DNA of 64,000 bases from Auanema rhodensis (taxonomy: Eukaryota; Animalia; Nematoda). The notes below the pieces were generated by a model that worked only from the letters and a program-made list of their open reading frames with translations, did no database searches and was not told the origin of the DNA. The stretch is from contig OZ059900.1 of the NCBI GenBank assembly GCA_964057225.1, positions 6,014,001 through 6,078,000 of the forward strand, written 5' to 3'. Position numbers and translations under genes: made by a program. Position 1 is the first letter of the stretch, and each line of letters begins with the position of its first letter. This document shows positions 51,189-64,000 of this stretch, in pieces.

Positions 51189-53319
51189 TGGTTTCTACCG
51201 AAAATATAAAATATGTATTATAGCACATATTGAGAACTACTAAAAGTACAACAGAATGAATAATAGTGTAAAGACGACGACTTGAATAAACTACAAACAT
51301 TGAAGTAAAAATGAACTAAACTCTAAACTTTATGAAAGTTGCTCTGAAGATATTTAATAGAAAAAAATACAGAATGAAATTGAGTTTAAATGATTTTTTA
51401 AAAATAGTTATTTAGGAACATTAAAATGATGTTTTCGATGATATACGTTTCAAATAATCGAAATACTAATGAAGAAAGAGAGAGAGAAGATGTGATATAG
51501 ATCAAGAGAAAAGCCGATAGTTAGACAAGTGGTTAATAAAGAGAGACAGAAAGATTCAGAATGGAAGAAGCTAGCAGTTCTGTTTCTTTAGCATTTTCTT
51601 AACCGATCTCGTTATCATTTCTAACATAGCAGAAGGCCAGTTGTTATCCAATCAGCTATAACATACAGATGAAGACAGACAATACTGATTGTGATAAAAT
51701 AGTTAAAGATAAATGAATTGTTATATATTCTTATGTATGACGAGAAAGAGGGGTCTAGTTAATTAACTTGTTTTAAACCTTTATGCTTTGATAGTAAAAT
51801 GGGCAGAATAACTTATGGAAATCAGCAAGTGGGTTGCTTTTTCTTATCAGAAAATTCGATACATTCTAAATGTAAAAGTGTGCTCTCAAACACTTTCATG
51901 CATCGCTGAATGAAACAATAGCTAGAAACGAAGCTTTTTTGAAAGCAATAAATGTTCAGGTTAGCTATCTCCTTGATCCATTTGTCTTGAAATTGATCAT
52001 TATCTGCCTGTAGTCACCAGTTCGGCATCATGGACAAAGATTCTCTCGTTTGTTCACAGCATGTAAGTGAATTAATTATCGTTTATATGGATTTTTAAAT
52101 ACTATTTCTATCTATCTTCGGCACTTGATCTTCCATTTATTATTTTCCAATTTGGAAAAAGAAGAAAATATTCTGAGAAGCTTTTCAATCTTTGAGAGAT
52201 TATTTAGAAACTCATACTTTGATTGCGTCACGATAGTTCAGAGAAGGTTGTTCTCCAATGCTCAGATTGTAACATAGAAAAAGCGAAAAAACCAACTTTC
52301 ACATTGTAAAAAGTAATTCTACACAGCATAAAGTAAAAAATATCTTCAGACTGACCAGCTGTCAATGCCTTGTCTCTTGCCGCTGCTAAGCCTATTCATG
52401 GAATCTGGTTTCTTGATTCGTGTACCACATATAATTGCCCCCCCCCCCTTTTCCATCCTTTCTCATTGTCTCTGTTTCTGTTTCACTCAGGATATAATCC
52501 AATTCATATATAAATATATAATAAATATTCATTTATTTATATACATATATGCTTATAAATAGTGTATTATCATTGAGATCTGATATTATTCTGTAATTCA
52601 ATAAACATCCAATTCAGATCTCTAAACAGTAATTTTAGTCTAAGTTCTGTATATTTGCATAACTATATCATATAGTACTAGATACTCAAAAACTGAGTTT
52701 AAATATAAATGAAAAACTAAAAACATTAAATAGACCTGAAATCCTTAATCTGCACTATAGAGAATAAACAGTTTGTCACTCTTTTCTCGTCTCATCGAGT
52801 TTAGAACAAAGAGCCGATCATCTTCTAATTGACATTGAACTGTCCGACAGGGTCTCAATAGTTGACACATCTGGTCATCTTAGGATATCTAGTCTATGTA
52901 CCATTAATTGAAAACCGGTCCACTATTATTTCATTTCTCGTCTAGATAGCACCATCTACCTCTCTAATTTTATAGAGACTCCGTTAATAATTTTTGTTTT
53001 TTTTTACCATACATCTGATGTCGATGGACATCTTGCTTTTGGTCATCAAAAGGATAATTGAATCTCAATGTTAGATATGAAACAACGGGGATTTGAAGAA
53101 AATTACACAGAGTTTAGAATATACTTGTGCATACGAAACAACAGGGTAACTATCATAATACTTATTACAATATTACTTATCCAATTATTCTCAAAAGTGG
53201 TTCTTGAGTACAAGAATCGAAGTTGTAACAGAAAAATAAATGACAATTGAAAAGTTTCTCTGTGTTACATGTTGGAATTAGATGACCGGTTTATTTCAGT
53301 CCAAGCTGTATTTCACTTA

Positions 53320-55837
53320 ATGCCAACTGGAACGTTCTACGTTATTCTGCCGTTGGTCTGTCAAACGCTTTTTGGAAAGCCAGACCCAGATCCGGAAATT
53401 CCACCTTGGAATAATGCTGTTTTCAAGGTTTTCACTTAAATTGCTACAATGCCTTAGGAAAAGATGAGAAAAAGACAATGTAAAATAAGTGGAAATAGAC
53501 GAGGATGACGAAGATGAAGCTATTATGAAGAGGTGAGTAAAGAGTCGGACAACATGTTTTCTTACTCTTGTTCGTTATTGCATACAATTCCCTTTCGATG
53601 ATAGTTTCAATAAACTTATTTTCGATTTGCTTCGGTTTTCAAATTTTATTTCAGCTCTGAAACAATTCCTCACACATTCAAAAGTTTAATTTTCTAATCT
53701 ATCATCCGAACGATCATGCATTTGAACTATTTATTCTCATATTTTCTTCTATTGTTTTCAAAAACAGAAAATAATCAACAGACTAAATAGTTTGCTCAAG
53801 AGATTCGGTAAAAATATATCAGCTGAAGCTGGATTGTGCAAATATTGGCGACATTTGAACTCAATTAAACGCCCATTGCTCTTATATTAGCTTAATTTTC
53901 ATCACTCGGATATTTTCATCAAATTTCAGTAGCATCAATTAGTCTCTGCTTGTCCTACCGATACGGTTTACTTCAACTTCTCCGTCATGAATTTAATTCA
54001 GCTAACATTAGTTGCAATCATCCATCAAATTCATGCTCAAAATTCAATTGTATGTTTAGAAATGTATCATTTCAGTTGATTCATTAATATGTTTTTCAGT
54101 ATTTTAATAAAAATTTACCTGATCATGAAACTACTTTAACCGATTACGATTTTCTAATGGCCAGAACACACAGCTATCCATCCTTTGATGAGCCAGCTAA
54201 TATGACAGCAATGTATAATCCTAAACGTTTTGAAGGAGATATAGGTAAATGCTGCATATCTCAGAAATTAAGATTTTTTCTTGAAGACAATGTTGCGTAT
54301 ATCGCCTTCGGTTCATAACTTGTTTTCAGTTTATACGGCAGGAACATTTAATGCTTTGCGAAATTATAATCCAGGAATGAGGTTTAATACCGTGGTAGGT
54401 GTTCAGAGAAATGCTGTTAAGCAAGCTTACCTTAAATGGACTGATGGTCGTATTCCATATACAATTAGTTCTCAATATTCCTCTTTCAGGTAAATAAACA
54501 ATTTTTTTGATTAATATCGTATATTTTCAGTCGCGCTAAAATTGCTGAAGCACTTGAAGAATATAAGAAAAAGACTTGTGTCTATTTTTCACCAAAAAGT
54601 GCTGCTGATCAAGATTATATTCATATTGTTCCGGATGATGGATGTTACTCCCTAGTTGGAAGAGTTGGTAATTCATATTTTATCATTGAATATTATGAAA
54701 ACTTCTTCTTTTTAGGTGGAAAACAGCCTGTAAGTTTAGGTGATGGATGCATTCAGAAGGGTATCATCTTACACGAATTGATGCATGCTGTTGGATTTTT
54801 CCATGAGCAGAGTATGTTGCATTGCATTAACTATTAGTGTAGTTTGATTTATGTGATAGGTCGTGCTGATCGTGATGAGTATGTTGTTATCAATTGGAAT
54901 AACGTTGAGCCTGGATTACAAGATCAGTTTGATAAATATTCGCTGAGCATGATAGATCATCTTGGAACAAAATATGATTATGAGTCTGTCATGCATTATG
55001 CTCCAACCGCATTCAGTAAAGTAATATAACTTATATTATATTTATAAATAGAATAATTTTATCATATAATTCCTAAAATATTTTATTTTCTTATAACATT
55101 CCTAAACATTTGTTATATCCAATTTATTTGTTTTTTATTTTATGTTTTAAGAATGGTAAACCAACTATCGAGCCTAAACAAGCTAACATCGAGATCGGAC
55201 AACGCCTAGGATTTAGTGCTAACGACTTATACAAGATCAACAAGCTGTACAACTGTTCCAGTAAGTTTGCCGGAGCGAAACAAGCTTTCGCATCATAATC
55301 TTGTATGTAATCCAAACTAAAATGTTTTGTTTTAGATATTGAAGAAATCGAAACAGTAACATCATTATCAAAAGCAGCCAAAAAGCCTTTATCATCGCGA
55401 AAAGCCGGAACTGGATCATCTATTCGAAAAGAAATCGAAGAAGCTAATACGAAAGAGATTCCAAATGAAGAACAATGTGCCGATAGGTAATCGTAAAGTT
55501 ATTTACAGATCAATCAACCATAAACATTTTAGACGTCGCGATTGTGAGTTTTTAGCTCGTGCTGGACATTGTGAATCAAAATTCAGTAAAAAATTCATGA
55601 CAGAGAATTGTCCCAAAAGTTGTAAAAAATGTGAAACAGAATCTGAATCTGAAAAAGAGGAAGATATCTCAAAACCGGAAAAGTGTGAAGATGCCAGGTA
55701 CTAAATAATAGTTTCAAAATATATTTATGAATTGCAGGTCATGGTGCGAAAAATGGGCAAACAGTGGGATGTGTACACAATCCCTATTTAAACCATATAT
55801 GTCGAAAAAGTGCGCCAAGAGTTGTCAATTATGTTAA
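53320..55837 (+). CDS. nas-13: Astacin zinc metalloprotease with two C-terminal ShK domains
   Basis: FEGDI pro-domain; HELMHAVGFFHEQSRADRD zinc motif; SVMHY Met-turn. ShK domains CADRRRDCEFLARAGHCESKF...CPKSCKKC and CEDARSWCEKWANSGMC...CAKSCQLC. The 5' exon structure is less certain. Confidence 0.9.
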
Positions 55838-57514
55838 AACAGAATATTATAATCTAATGATAGCTATTCTTCTAGTTAATTTATTTATTTTAAAGAAATA
55901 CTTAAATAATTATATATTTCAAAAGTATAATGTATTGCAATTTTCACTAAAAATGATCTGTCTGCAGAGCTTTCCAAATAACAATTTTATTTATATACTA
56001 TATGATATGTTTATAATTAGATTAGATTATATACAACCTGTAGATGTTGAAAATATGTTTTTTTGCAATATATTGTATTGTCTTGTCTATTCATATTGAA
56101 TAAAAATGGTTTCATTATGACATCTTCTTCTTTTCCTTTTTTTTTGTCTAAACCCATTCACTTTTTTTCAAATCTGTGTATGATGAATTTCTGAATCAAA
56201 TCAAATTATTGTAAATCATCTGATAATTTCATTAATATCTTGATTTACCCTTTTTTCTTAGCACTTATTTTCAAGATAATTTGATTGTAACGACGAATTT
56301 CAAAATCGGAAAAACCTGTCGACCTGCGCCGGAATCGTTTGAGCCTTATCTGAATCGGATGTGTCTGCACGCTGATTATACCCGAACAATTTAAATGGAG
56401 TAAATACGATGTTGAAGAAAGAGAGTAAAAAGAAGGTTGATGAAAATGTCAGATCCACCTTAAATCGCTAAAAAAGCCTGTTTCATCAAAGAAGGATGAT
56501 TAAAAGTTTTAAATGATGGCTGAACTTGGAAATTTGGAATTCGAACCGAAGCAAATGATTCAGAAGAGGACAATCCCAATAGGCATTTCTTTTGTTTCCT
56601 CCTGGTCGTTTCGCAGTTTTTTTGTTCCGATATCAGCGCAGTTCAGCCTGTTCTTGGCTGATTCTTTTATTTTCAATTAACATCTTAGCTCTTTTCAGGA
56701 TAGCAAGGCTGAGAGTGATCATAAACATTATTAGTATGTATTGTCAGCATGTAGCTTCATCAGATCATCAGGCTCTGTCCAACAAAGTCTGAATACTAAT
56801 ATCAGCTAACTCTAACATTAGCAATAATTTGATCCAATCAAATGCTTAATAACAAGAATTATTATTGTTTCATGTTTGTTATTTTGAACTGGACCAACTT
56901 TATCATATGATTAAGATTATACGATTTTGTTTTTGCATAAACTTGATAGTATTGTTTATGTTGTAGCTGTGGTTATGCAGTAACCAGATTCTTGATATTA
57001 GAGACAGCTAATATTATATCCAAACGCCAAAAAACTGAACTTTTTTTTGAAATTCTGATAATTTTATCAAATAAAACATTTTGTTCTAGAAATTTCTTAA
57101 TTAATTCATACTAACAATTGTATTCATCTATGTTAATATTACAATTGTGTTTTTGAATATTCGATTGATATGTTTGTTTCAATGCAGAGTTATCATCAGG
57201 TGTGTCAGAATCGAATAATCCTTTCCCTTTCGTATCATCTCTCTCTGATTCTTTATTCGGCAATAATCGAAAAGTGGGCCAACGAAAATGAGATTAGCAT
57301 ACAAAGTGTAACATCTTCATCATCTTCGGATGATTTTCGTTGATAATGATTCCAACGGTTTAGTTTATTTTCATTTCTCTTAGTTTTCTATTTCATCCTG
57401 GCTATAAGGGTTGCTGTCTCAATCGTATTGTCAGCCAATCATCTTATGTCATTTAAATTTTTTTTTGTACAAATTTGTATCTTTTGTGATTAAAATTGAA
57501 TAATAAATTGTAGA

Positions 57515-58923
57515 ATGGATAAAAACGAAGAATATGAACAACATGTGAAAAGGATACGTGTATTATCAATAGCAGGTATGAATATTCTTCTACACATTTG
57601 TGTTTTCAAAATATTTGGTACATTCTCTTGCATTCTTAGGTGTATCTGTTTCATTGGCTACTGCTTTGTTATGTATTGTCATTGGGCCATTAGCATATTA
57701 TCATATACAACATATGAATAGTCTTATTCAACATGAACTTGACTATTGTAAGGTAAAGTCATTGTTGTTATTCTCACTTATTCTTGTCTTACCAACTAAT
57801 ATTTTGATTTTCTTATTTCAGCATCGTACAGATTCTGTATGGAAGCAAATCACTGAGAAACAGCAGCATTCTGATCCTGAGGTCCGTTTTGTTGTACTTT
57901 ATCCTTTTAATGTTTTTTCTGGTTAATTGCAGAGAATTCGAAAGCGTAATGCTTATGATGGCTATAGAGCTAGTTATGGTAGTTATGGGGCTCAACGTTT
58001 ACAAGAATACGTAGCACCTGGAATGAAAGCTAGCGGAATTTATATTCAAGCAGTTCAACAAAGTAGGGTTACAAAGTTTAAAAAAAAACGATTCTGAAAA
58101 GTTTGTAATGAAAACAGAATTACCATGAAATTTTAGCTTGTGGTTGTGGAATTGGAGCTCCTGGCGAGCCTGGGCAACCCGGACTCAATGGCAAAGATGG
58201 CCATGACGGTGCTCCTGGACGCAATGGATCCAATGGAAAAGATGGACGTGTAATTGAAAAGCAGCCCGTTCAAGCTTGCTACGAATGTCCAGTGGCCCCA
58301 CCAGGTATTCTTATACATTGAATAGATCATACAGTGTTGGATAAAACATCTTTGTTTTCTAAATTGCAGGAGTCCCCGGTGAGCCAGGAGTGCAGGGGCC
58401 ACCTGGACCACCAGGCTATCCAGGAAGACCCGCTGTTCCAGGAGCACGTGGAAAACCAGGACCACCCGGCCCAGAAGGCGCAAAAGTTGAAGGGTTTAAT
58501 AATTTATGATTTGACAAAATTATTTCAGGGACAACCTGGAAGAGATGGTACCGTTGGTAGACCAGGAGAACCAGGACGCGTGTTGATGAAGGTTGGACCA
58601 CCGGGCGAACCAGGAACTCCAGGCATTCAAACTCAAAACAAAAAAAACTAAACTCTAAAATTACAGGAGCTGCTGGACTACCTGGAAAACAAGGATCTCC
58701 TGGAGCATACGGAGCACCAGGCATTCCAGGTTTTCAATTTTTTTCATTTTCGGACAACAAGTTTTTTATTAATTTAGGTCCACCAGGAGTAAAAGGATCT
58801 CCAGGACAAATTGGTGTCATGGGACGTCGCGGTTTAGCTGGTGAACCTGGAAAGACCGGTGAAGTTGGAGTACAAGGAGACTGCTCACATTGTCCACTAC
58901 CACGTACCGGACAAGGCTACTAA
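57515..58923 (+). CDS. Nematode cuticle collagen
   Basis: N-terminal TM/Col_cuticle_N ([42 protein letters not shown]); RIRKR furin site; CGC; interrupted Gly-X-Y repeats; CYEC; terminal [15 protein letters not shown]. Confidence 0.97.
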
Positions 58924-59385
58924 GTTTGTGCATATGATGTTAACGAGCATCATCATATCTCAACTTCAGAGGTACCAAATTGAAAAAGGTTAGCCTACAA
59001 CTCGGCCAACCATATGCAGGTCATATCTAATAATTGGTAACTAACATTACAATCCAATTATTATTATAATTATTTAAATTCTTAATATTACTAACCCTAA
59101 TTAACTATTAATCTTCTTTCAATCGATTAATTAACTTTATATGTAAATAAAGAAGACTATTCATTGTATAGCTGCAATAACGTTAATAATATGTAATCAT
59201 AATTTGAATAAAATTTCAATGAATATTTTATTTTATTGATATTAGTAAATATATTTTTGGTCTCGATAGTAGCTGACCTAGCTGCTTCTTCGTATTATTC
59301 TTTCTTTTTTTCGTTTTTGCACTGTTACAAAGTGCTGTGGTATCAATTTCATTGCAATAAATTCCACAAATAAAGTTTCAATGTC

Positions 59386-59504
59386 GCTTACGACCACACC
59401 ACGTTGAAAATACGCCATCCCGTCCGATCTGGCAAGTCAAGCAACGTTGGGCCCGGTTAGTACTTGGATCGGAGACGGCTTGGGAATCCCGGGTGCCGTA
59501 AGCT
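59386..59504 (+). rRNA. 5S rRNA gene (single dispersed copy)
   Basis: 119 nt GCTTACGACC...CCATCCCGTCCGATCTGGCAAGTCAAGCAACG...TTAGTACTTGGATCGGAGACGG...GTAAGCT, followed by oligo-T Pol III terminator runs. Confidence 0.97.
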
Positions 59505-59839
59505 TTTCATTTTTTCAGAGTCACAATATTTAGACAAAGTGTGTTTAATACGAATTTCTCAACATTTTGTTCTTCTTCCATACTTTTTGTGTCAATGTTC
59601 TTGGTTCATTTATCACATATGATTTAACATATGGCAAAAGAAACATAATTCTCCTCGGCTTATATTTTCTTACAAGATTTTAGATCAGATTACTTGAACA
59701 ATTGTTTAGCTATATCATTTCATTCTATTCTTATCATTTATCAATATCTAACCCTTTCATTCTAATTTCTTTTATTATATCAACTATTAGTATATCTGAT
59801 TTATAACATATATGCATTTGAGGATTTGTTTCAATAACC

Positions 59840-60653
59840 ATGGAAAAACCCCGTTACAAACCAGAAAGTTTGGAAAAACTTGAGCAAACGACTTCTTTCA
59901 GTAGAAGAGAATTAAAATATTTATACCAAAGCTTCAAACAAGTTTGTTTGCAATATTCCAACAACACACTAATATATTTAGAATTGTCCAAGCGGATATG
60001 TCACTAAATTAGAGTTTGTATCAATATTCCTCTCCTTTTTCAATATAACACAAAAATCTGGTGCATAATATTAGTTACATGAAATAATTATATAGATTAA
60101 GACGCAAAAGCATATGCTGAATTGGTTTTTAACTCGTTCGATGATGATGCTAGCGGTACAATCAGCTTTTCGGTAGCTTTTATTTGATTTTAAAACTTTT
60201 TGTTTTAACCACAGTGCATAACTTACGCATTCAGGAATTTGTCAGCGAGCTTTCAATGTTTATCCGAGGCTCTGTGGAAGATCGTCTTGGTTGGATTTTC
60301 GATTTATATGATTCAGAGCGGAATGGCTTTATAGTTGAAGATGATCTGCTAAATATAGCCAAGTATAACTATTACTAATAGTTTTTACGCCTTTCAACAT
60401 TTTATAATTAAAGGGCAATGTATTCAATAGTTGGATTACATTATACTAAAAACAAATATATTCCAATAAAAACGCGTCGATTTTTGAAACAACAATTTCA
60501 GGTTTGTTATACTGCTGTTTAAAAGCAACTTTTTCTATTCAGAAGTTAGATATAAATAAGAATGGACGAATAACCCGTGATGAATTTATCAAAAGCTCTT
60601 TATCGAATGACCAAATTCTTGAATCTCTGGAAGTTTTGAAATCTGTATGGTGA
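59840..60653 (+). CDS. Neuronal calcium sensor, KChIP/calsenilin-like EF-hand protein
   Basis: PRYKPESLEKLEQTTSFSRRELKYLYQSFKQNCPSG; EF loops DDDASGTISFSE, DLYDSERNGFIVEDD, DINKNGRITRDEF. An upstream extension is possible. Confidence 0.9.
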
Positions 60654-61171
60654 TCATTCTCAAACTTTTTGTTTTTAATTGAATAAATCAACAAATTCAT
60701 TTATCATCATCACAAATGTTAAATAATTCAAATAAATTCTATCTATTAAAGAAATCTCTTCGTTTAAAAAAACCAAAATTGTGGTTTAGAAAATATTTTT
60801 TGATGGCATTCACATTCAGAATGAGATGAAAGTCAAAATGTCGGCATTAAGCAAATTACAATAGTTCGAATCTCGCAATCTGTGTAATGACATTTTCATA
60901 CTAAAGAGTACATACTGTGTAAGATGATGCATATGTCAACGGATGGATAAAAAACAACCAATGGCTTTAAATCCTTGATCATATAGAAATTACATCATTT
61001 GTGGTGCATGTTCCATTTTCAATCACACAACAGCATATAACATCTGTTTGTTGTGTGTGTATTGGCTGTTTTACAGTTTTACTTAAACTTTTCAGTTATA
61101 GCTTGTAAGTTCATTTGCAACAACAATATAATTATGTTAAATTATCATGTTTTTAGATTACAATATTTCAA

Positions 61172-61674
61172 ATGATTTCAAATTCAGACACGATTCTCAA
61201 TACTTCTTTACAAAATGTTTTTCTTAACATCCAAATTCATCTAGATGCAATGAGCTATTCTACTCCATCCGAAAACATCTTGTTTGAGGTGAAAGCTTAT
61301 CACTATCTTCTTCAGAATATTACAGATGATTCGTGTTCCAGTTTCTTGACATCTTTGGAAAAGTGATTACAGGAACTGAAAGGCCACATGTGATTGGACA
61401 AAGTAGAGAAACTATGTCGATGCTTTATGAAATTATACCTGGATTTCGGGAGATGTTTCTATGTTATGAATTTCATTTGTATCCCAGAGTTGTTTATTGC
61501 TCATGGGATTTTTTCAATCCTATTGCATATTCTTGTGATTTTCAATCTATTTATGACACTTTGATGTATCTGCTAGGAAGTTGGATGAGATTTGGAAATG
61601 GACAGCATTTCAACACGCAAAGTCTTCTCCGTACAAATGGCCATACAAGAAGAAGGCGAGCAAATAGGAGATAG
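61172..61674 (+). CDS. Possible small orphan gene
   Basis: Two adjacent ORFs (61172-61366 and 61333-61674) could be joined by a short GT-AG intron near 61341-61373. A GTAAGT...TTTTTAG intron precedes the ATG. No recognisable motif. Confidence 0.3.
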
Positions 61675-61979
61675 CACTGATGAAGTTTGTAAGATATTAT
61701 GATATTCTCAATACTGTTCTATAGTTGCAATTTCAATTTTCTGAATCTAAGTTGTTTTCTCTTCTGTATATAAAAGAATTTTTTGATTAATCACACTTTA
61801 TTCACATTATGAAAGTTAAACATAAGAAATTATATTGTACACGAGAGCATCCGTTAAAACCATTACAAAAAACACGTCAAAATAAAAATGAATTTACAGG
61901 AAAATATACATAATATACATAAGATTAGCATTAATTGAAAAACTCTAAAAATTCAAAATCCTAGCAAAGGAAATTGAAT

Positions 61980-62349
61980 TCAAATTCTCCATGTGATACT
62001 ATCCTCTTCAAGAGATGGCTCAAAGACTTCATCTTCGTAATCACTAAAGTTTAAGCCAAACGACGCATCATCTGCAGCCATAGAAGAAACATTGCTAATG
62101 AAATGGCTTAAATCAAATGAATATCTTAATCTTGTATAAGTATGTACAACTTACATTCTTTGACGGTAATTTTTTTCTTTGACATCTGTCATCGGAAGAA
62201 TTCTATTCCTATCTTCTTCCACCTTCTTCATAAATTGTGCATTCATGTAGTTGAAATATCTATTGAACCAAGCACTGTACAACACAATAATTCATTCATA
62301 CAATAAATCAACAAAGAACTTACTTGTTAGAAATATTGGTCTCAGTCAT
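61980..62349 (-). CDS. 86-aa acidic protein, 3 exons; possible APC15 (ANAPC15) homologue
   Basis: Exons 62349-62324, 62274-62155 and 62094-61980 with GTAAGT donors give an open 261-nt frame: MTETNISNNAWFNRYFNYMNAQFMKKVEEDRNRILPMTDVKEKNYRQRINVSSMAADDASFGLNFSDYEDEVFEPSLEEDSITWRI*. Confidence 0.7.
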
Positions 62350-62864
62350 CTTAATCAAAGAAGTAAATACAAGTAAGAAGGGGTTAACTAAAATTAACTT
62401 TATTTCCCGAAAAAAAGAAAAAAATTAAACAAAGAGAAAGAGCGAATACAGAAAAAAAGAACATAAATCTAGATAGGAAAGAGAGAAAGAAAAAACTGCC
62501 AAAAGCAGACAGAGTGACAAATGGATGCGGTGAGTACGTTATCGCGGTCGAAATCGCGTAAACATCGCTACACAAACATTTCAAATGATACTGTACGTTG
62601 TTTACAATTGTGTTCGCTATAGTATATGGTGACATGTGAAAGTCTATTATTGGCAAATGTTCAAATATTCCTTCAGTACATTATAGCCAAAAAAAAATTG
62701 AAAGGATCAGGGAATATTAGAACATTGATGATACAAAGTACAAATATTTTAGTACACTAATTCTAGATTAACTATAATCAATAAAAAGGCTAATAAAGAA
62801 TACACTCGTTCTTATACTACGTAAATTACAATGAAATTTTCTTTTTCTGATAGTATTGTTCATT

Positions 62865-64000
62865 TTATTTCTTCACAGTTGGCACCAATTGATAATCGCA
62901 GCCAAAGAAGCGTTTTGCATTCAGGATGAGATACTCTGTGATCTGAAAATAAAAGTTGTACATAACCTGTCGCCTGTTCTGAGGTGTTAGTAGCTGACCT
63001 TGCTGCCACATTGGCTGTCTTCAAGATCGGTTCCACCAAGCAGATTTGGACCAAAGACAATGGCTAGGTTATACGCATCCATTCTGTAAATTGAAAACAG
63101 AATCTTCAAATGTACAGTATGATTTACAAATTCTGATCTTCGTATAGCTGTAGTTCAGCCAAAAATTGGATTATGTATGAAAGATTATCCAAATGCGTTG
63201 CTGGCATTTTACTGAGACAGACTTCTATAGCTTTTCGGAGTTCTTCTCCATCCAATCTGCAGATTATTTTTCTAAATTATCTATTCAACATTCAGATATT
63301 TCTTACAATGCTGCTTCGAGCCAATCAGAATAAAGACGGTTAGTAAAAAGCGGATCAGGTAGTTCTCTCAAGTACAACTTGAGTGCCCCACAAACACTAT
63401 GTGGATCGTCTTTGTAGTTAATGATGTCATGCTGTAAATAATCATTTTACAAGCAACGGTTGTTTAATTTTTTTACATTTATTTGACCAGCATTCATAGA
63501 AGCTTTTATTCTTTTTATTTTTACGGAATTTCCGTTAACTCTGAATAAGCCTAAAACAATTTATTTATAAAATCTTCTATGTGATGTTGTCGCAACCTTT
63601 CTCATTCAGCCCGATGTGTCGCAAAAGAACACAGCATTGTTCAATTGGAACAGCTATCTGCTTGTTAACATGGTGAAGATGCTCAGTTAAGTCAATGCCA
63701 AACATTGGTTTTGGACGGAAGTATTCTATAATACCAAATGTATAACAATATATGGCATTGTCTAACCAATTTCTCGCCGAATTTCAAGAAGAGCAGCTTC
63801 AAGAGTTCTCACAGCTGCTCTGTGAAACTCCAGTTGTTCTTCCAGGTAAGCGCTGAACATCTAAAACAACTTTAATGATGCCAAGTGTTAAAAATATCAA
63901 CTTGCTTTAGCAATTTCTTGTTCTTTAGAAGCTAGATTATAAACTTCAGTTATAGTCTCATCCTGAAAACGAACATATTAAGTTATAGAAAAGTCTGTAA
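62865..64000 (-). CDS. rga-8: BAR-RhoGAP (SH3BP1/RICH1/ARHGAP17-like), 3' part; 5' end outside the window
   Basis: BAR tail (EVYNLASKEQEIAK, YLEEQLEFHRAAVRTLE), then KPMFGIDLTEHL, GLFRVNG (Arg finger), DPHSVCGALKLYLRELPDPL, MDAYNLAIVFGPNLL. Confidence 0.85.

Noticed and set aside
53320-58923. Functional cluster of astacin with collagen or the cystine-knot protein
   Set aside because: The known procollagen-processing astacin is the dpy-31/nas-35 type, not nas-13. Adjacency alone is not evidence.

Overview
AT-rich eukaryotic DNA with many short (about 40-50 nt) spliceosomal introns. It is nematode, judged from a cuticle collagen, nas-13, mboa-7 and a nematode-type 5S rRNA. No prokaryotic features or CRISPR array. 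Positions 1-6149 are an accessory, partly tandem-duplicated segment (period about 5.13 kb). It holds an intact 5-exon atypical-kinase gene, a divergent zinc-ribbon ORF that runs by frameshift into the N-terminus of a Maverick/Polinton-type integrase, and nested direct and inverted repeats. This is the best candidate for an undescribed Maverick-cargo system. Then follow atg-11/FIP200 (-), mboa-7 (-), a PNT+ETS factor (-) with about 31 kb of upstream/intronic non-coding DNA and a near-perfect miR-44/miR-279-family site in its probable 3'UTR, a secreted cystine-knot protein (-), nas-13 (+), a collagen with a GC-AG intron (+), a solitary 5S rRNA gene, a KChIP-like NCS gene (+), a small APC15-like gene (-) and the 3' half of a BAR-RhoGAP (-). 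All gene models were spliced and translated by hand, and family calls rest on remembered motifs, not database searches.
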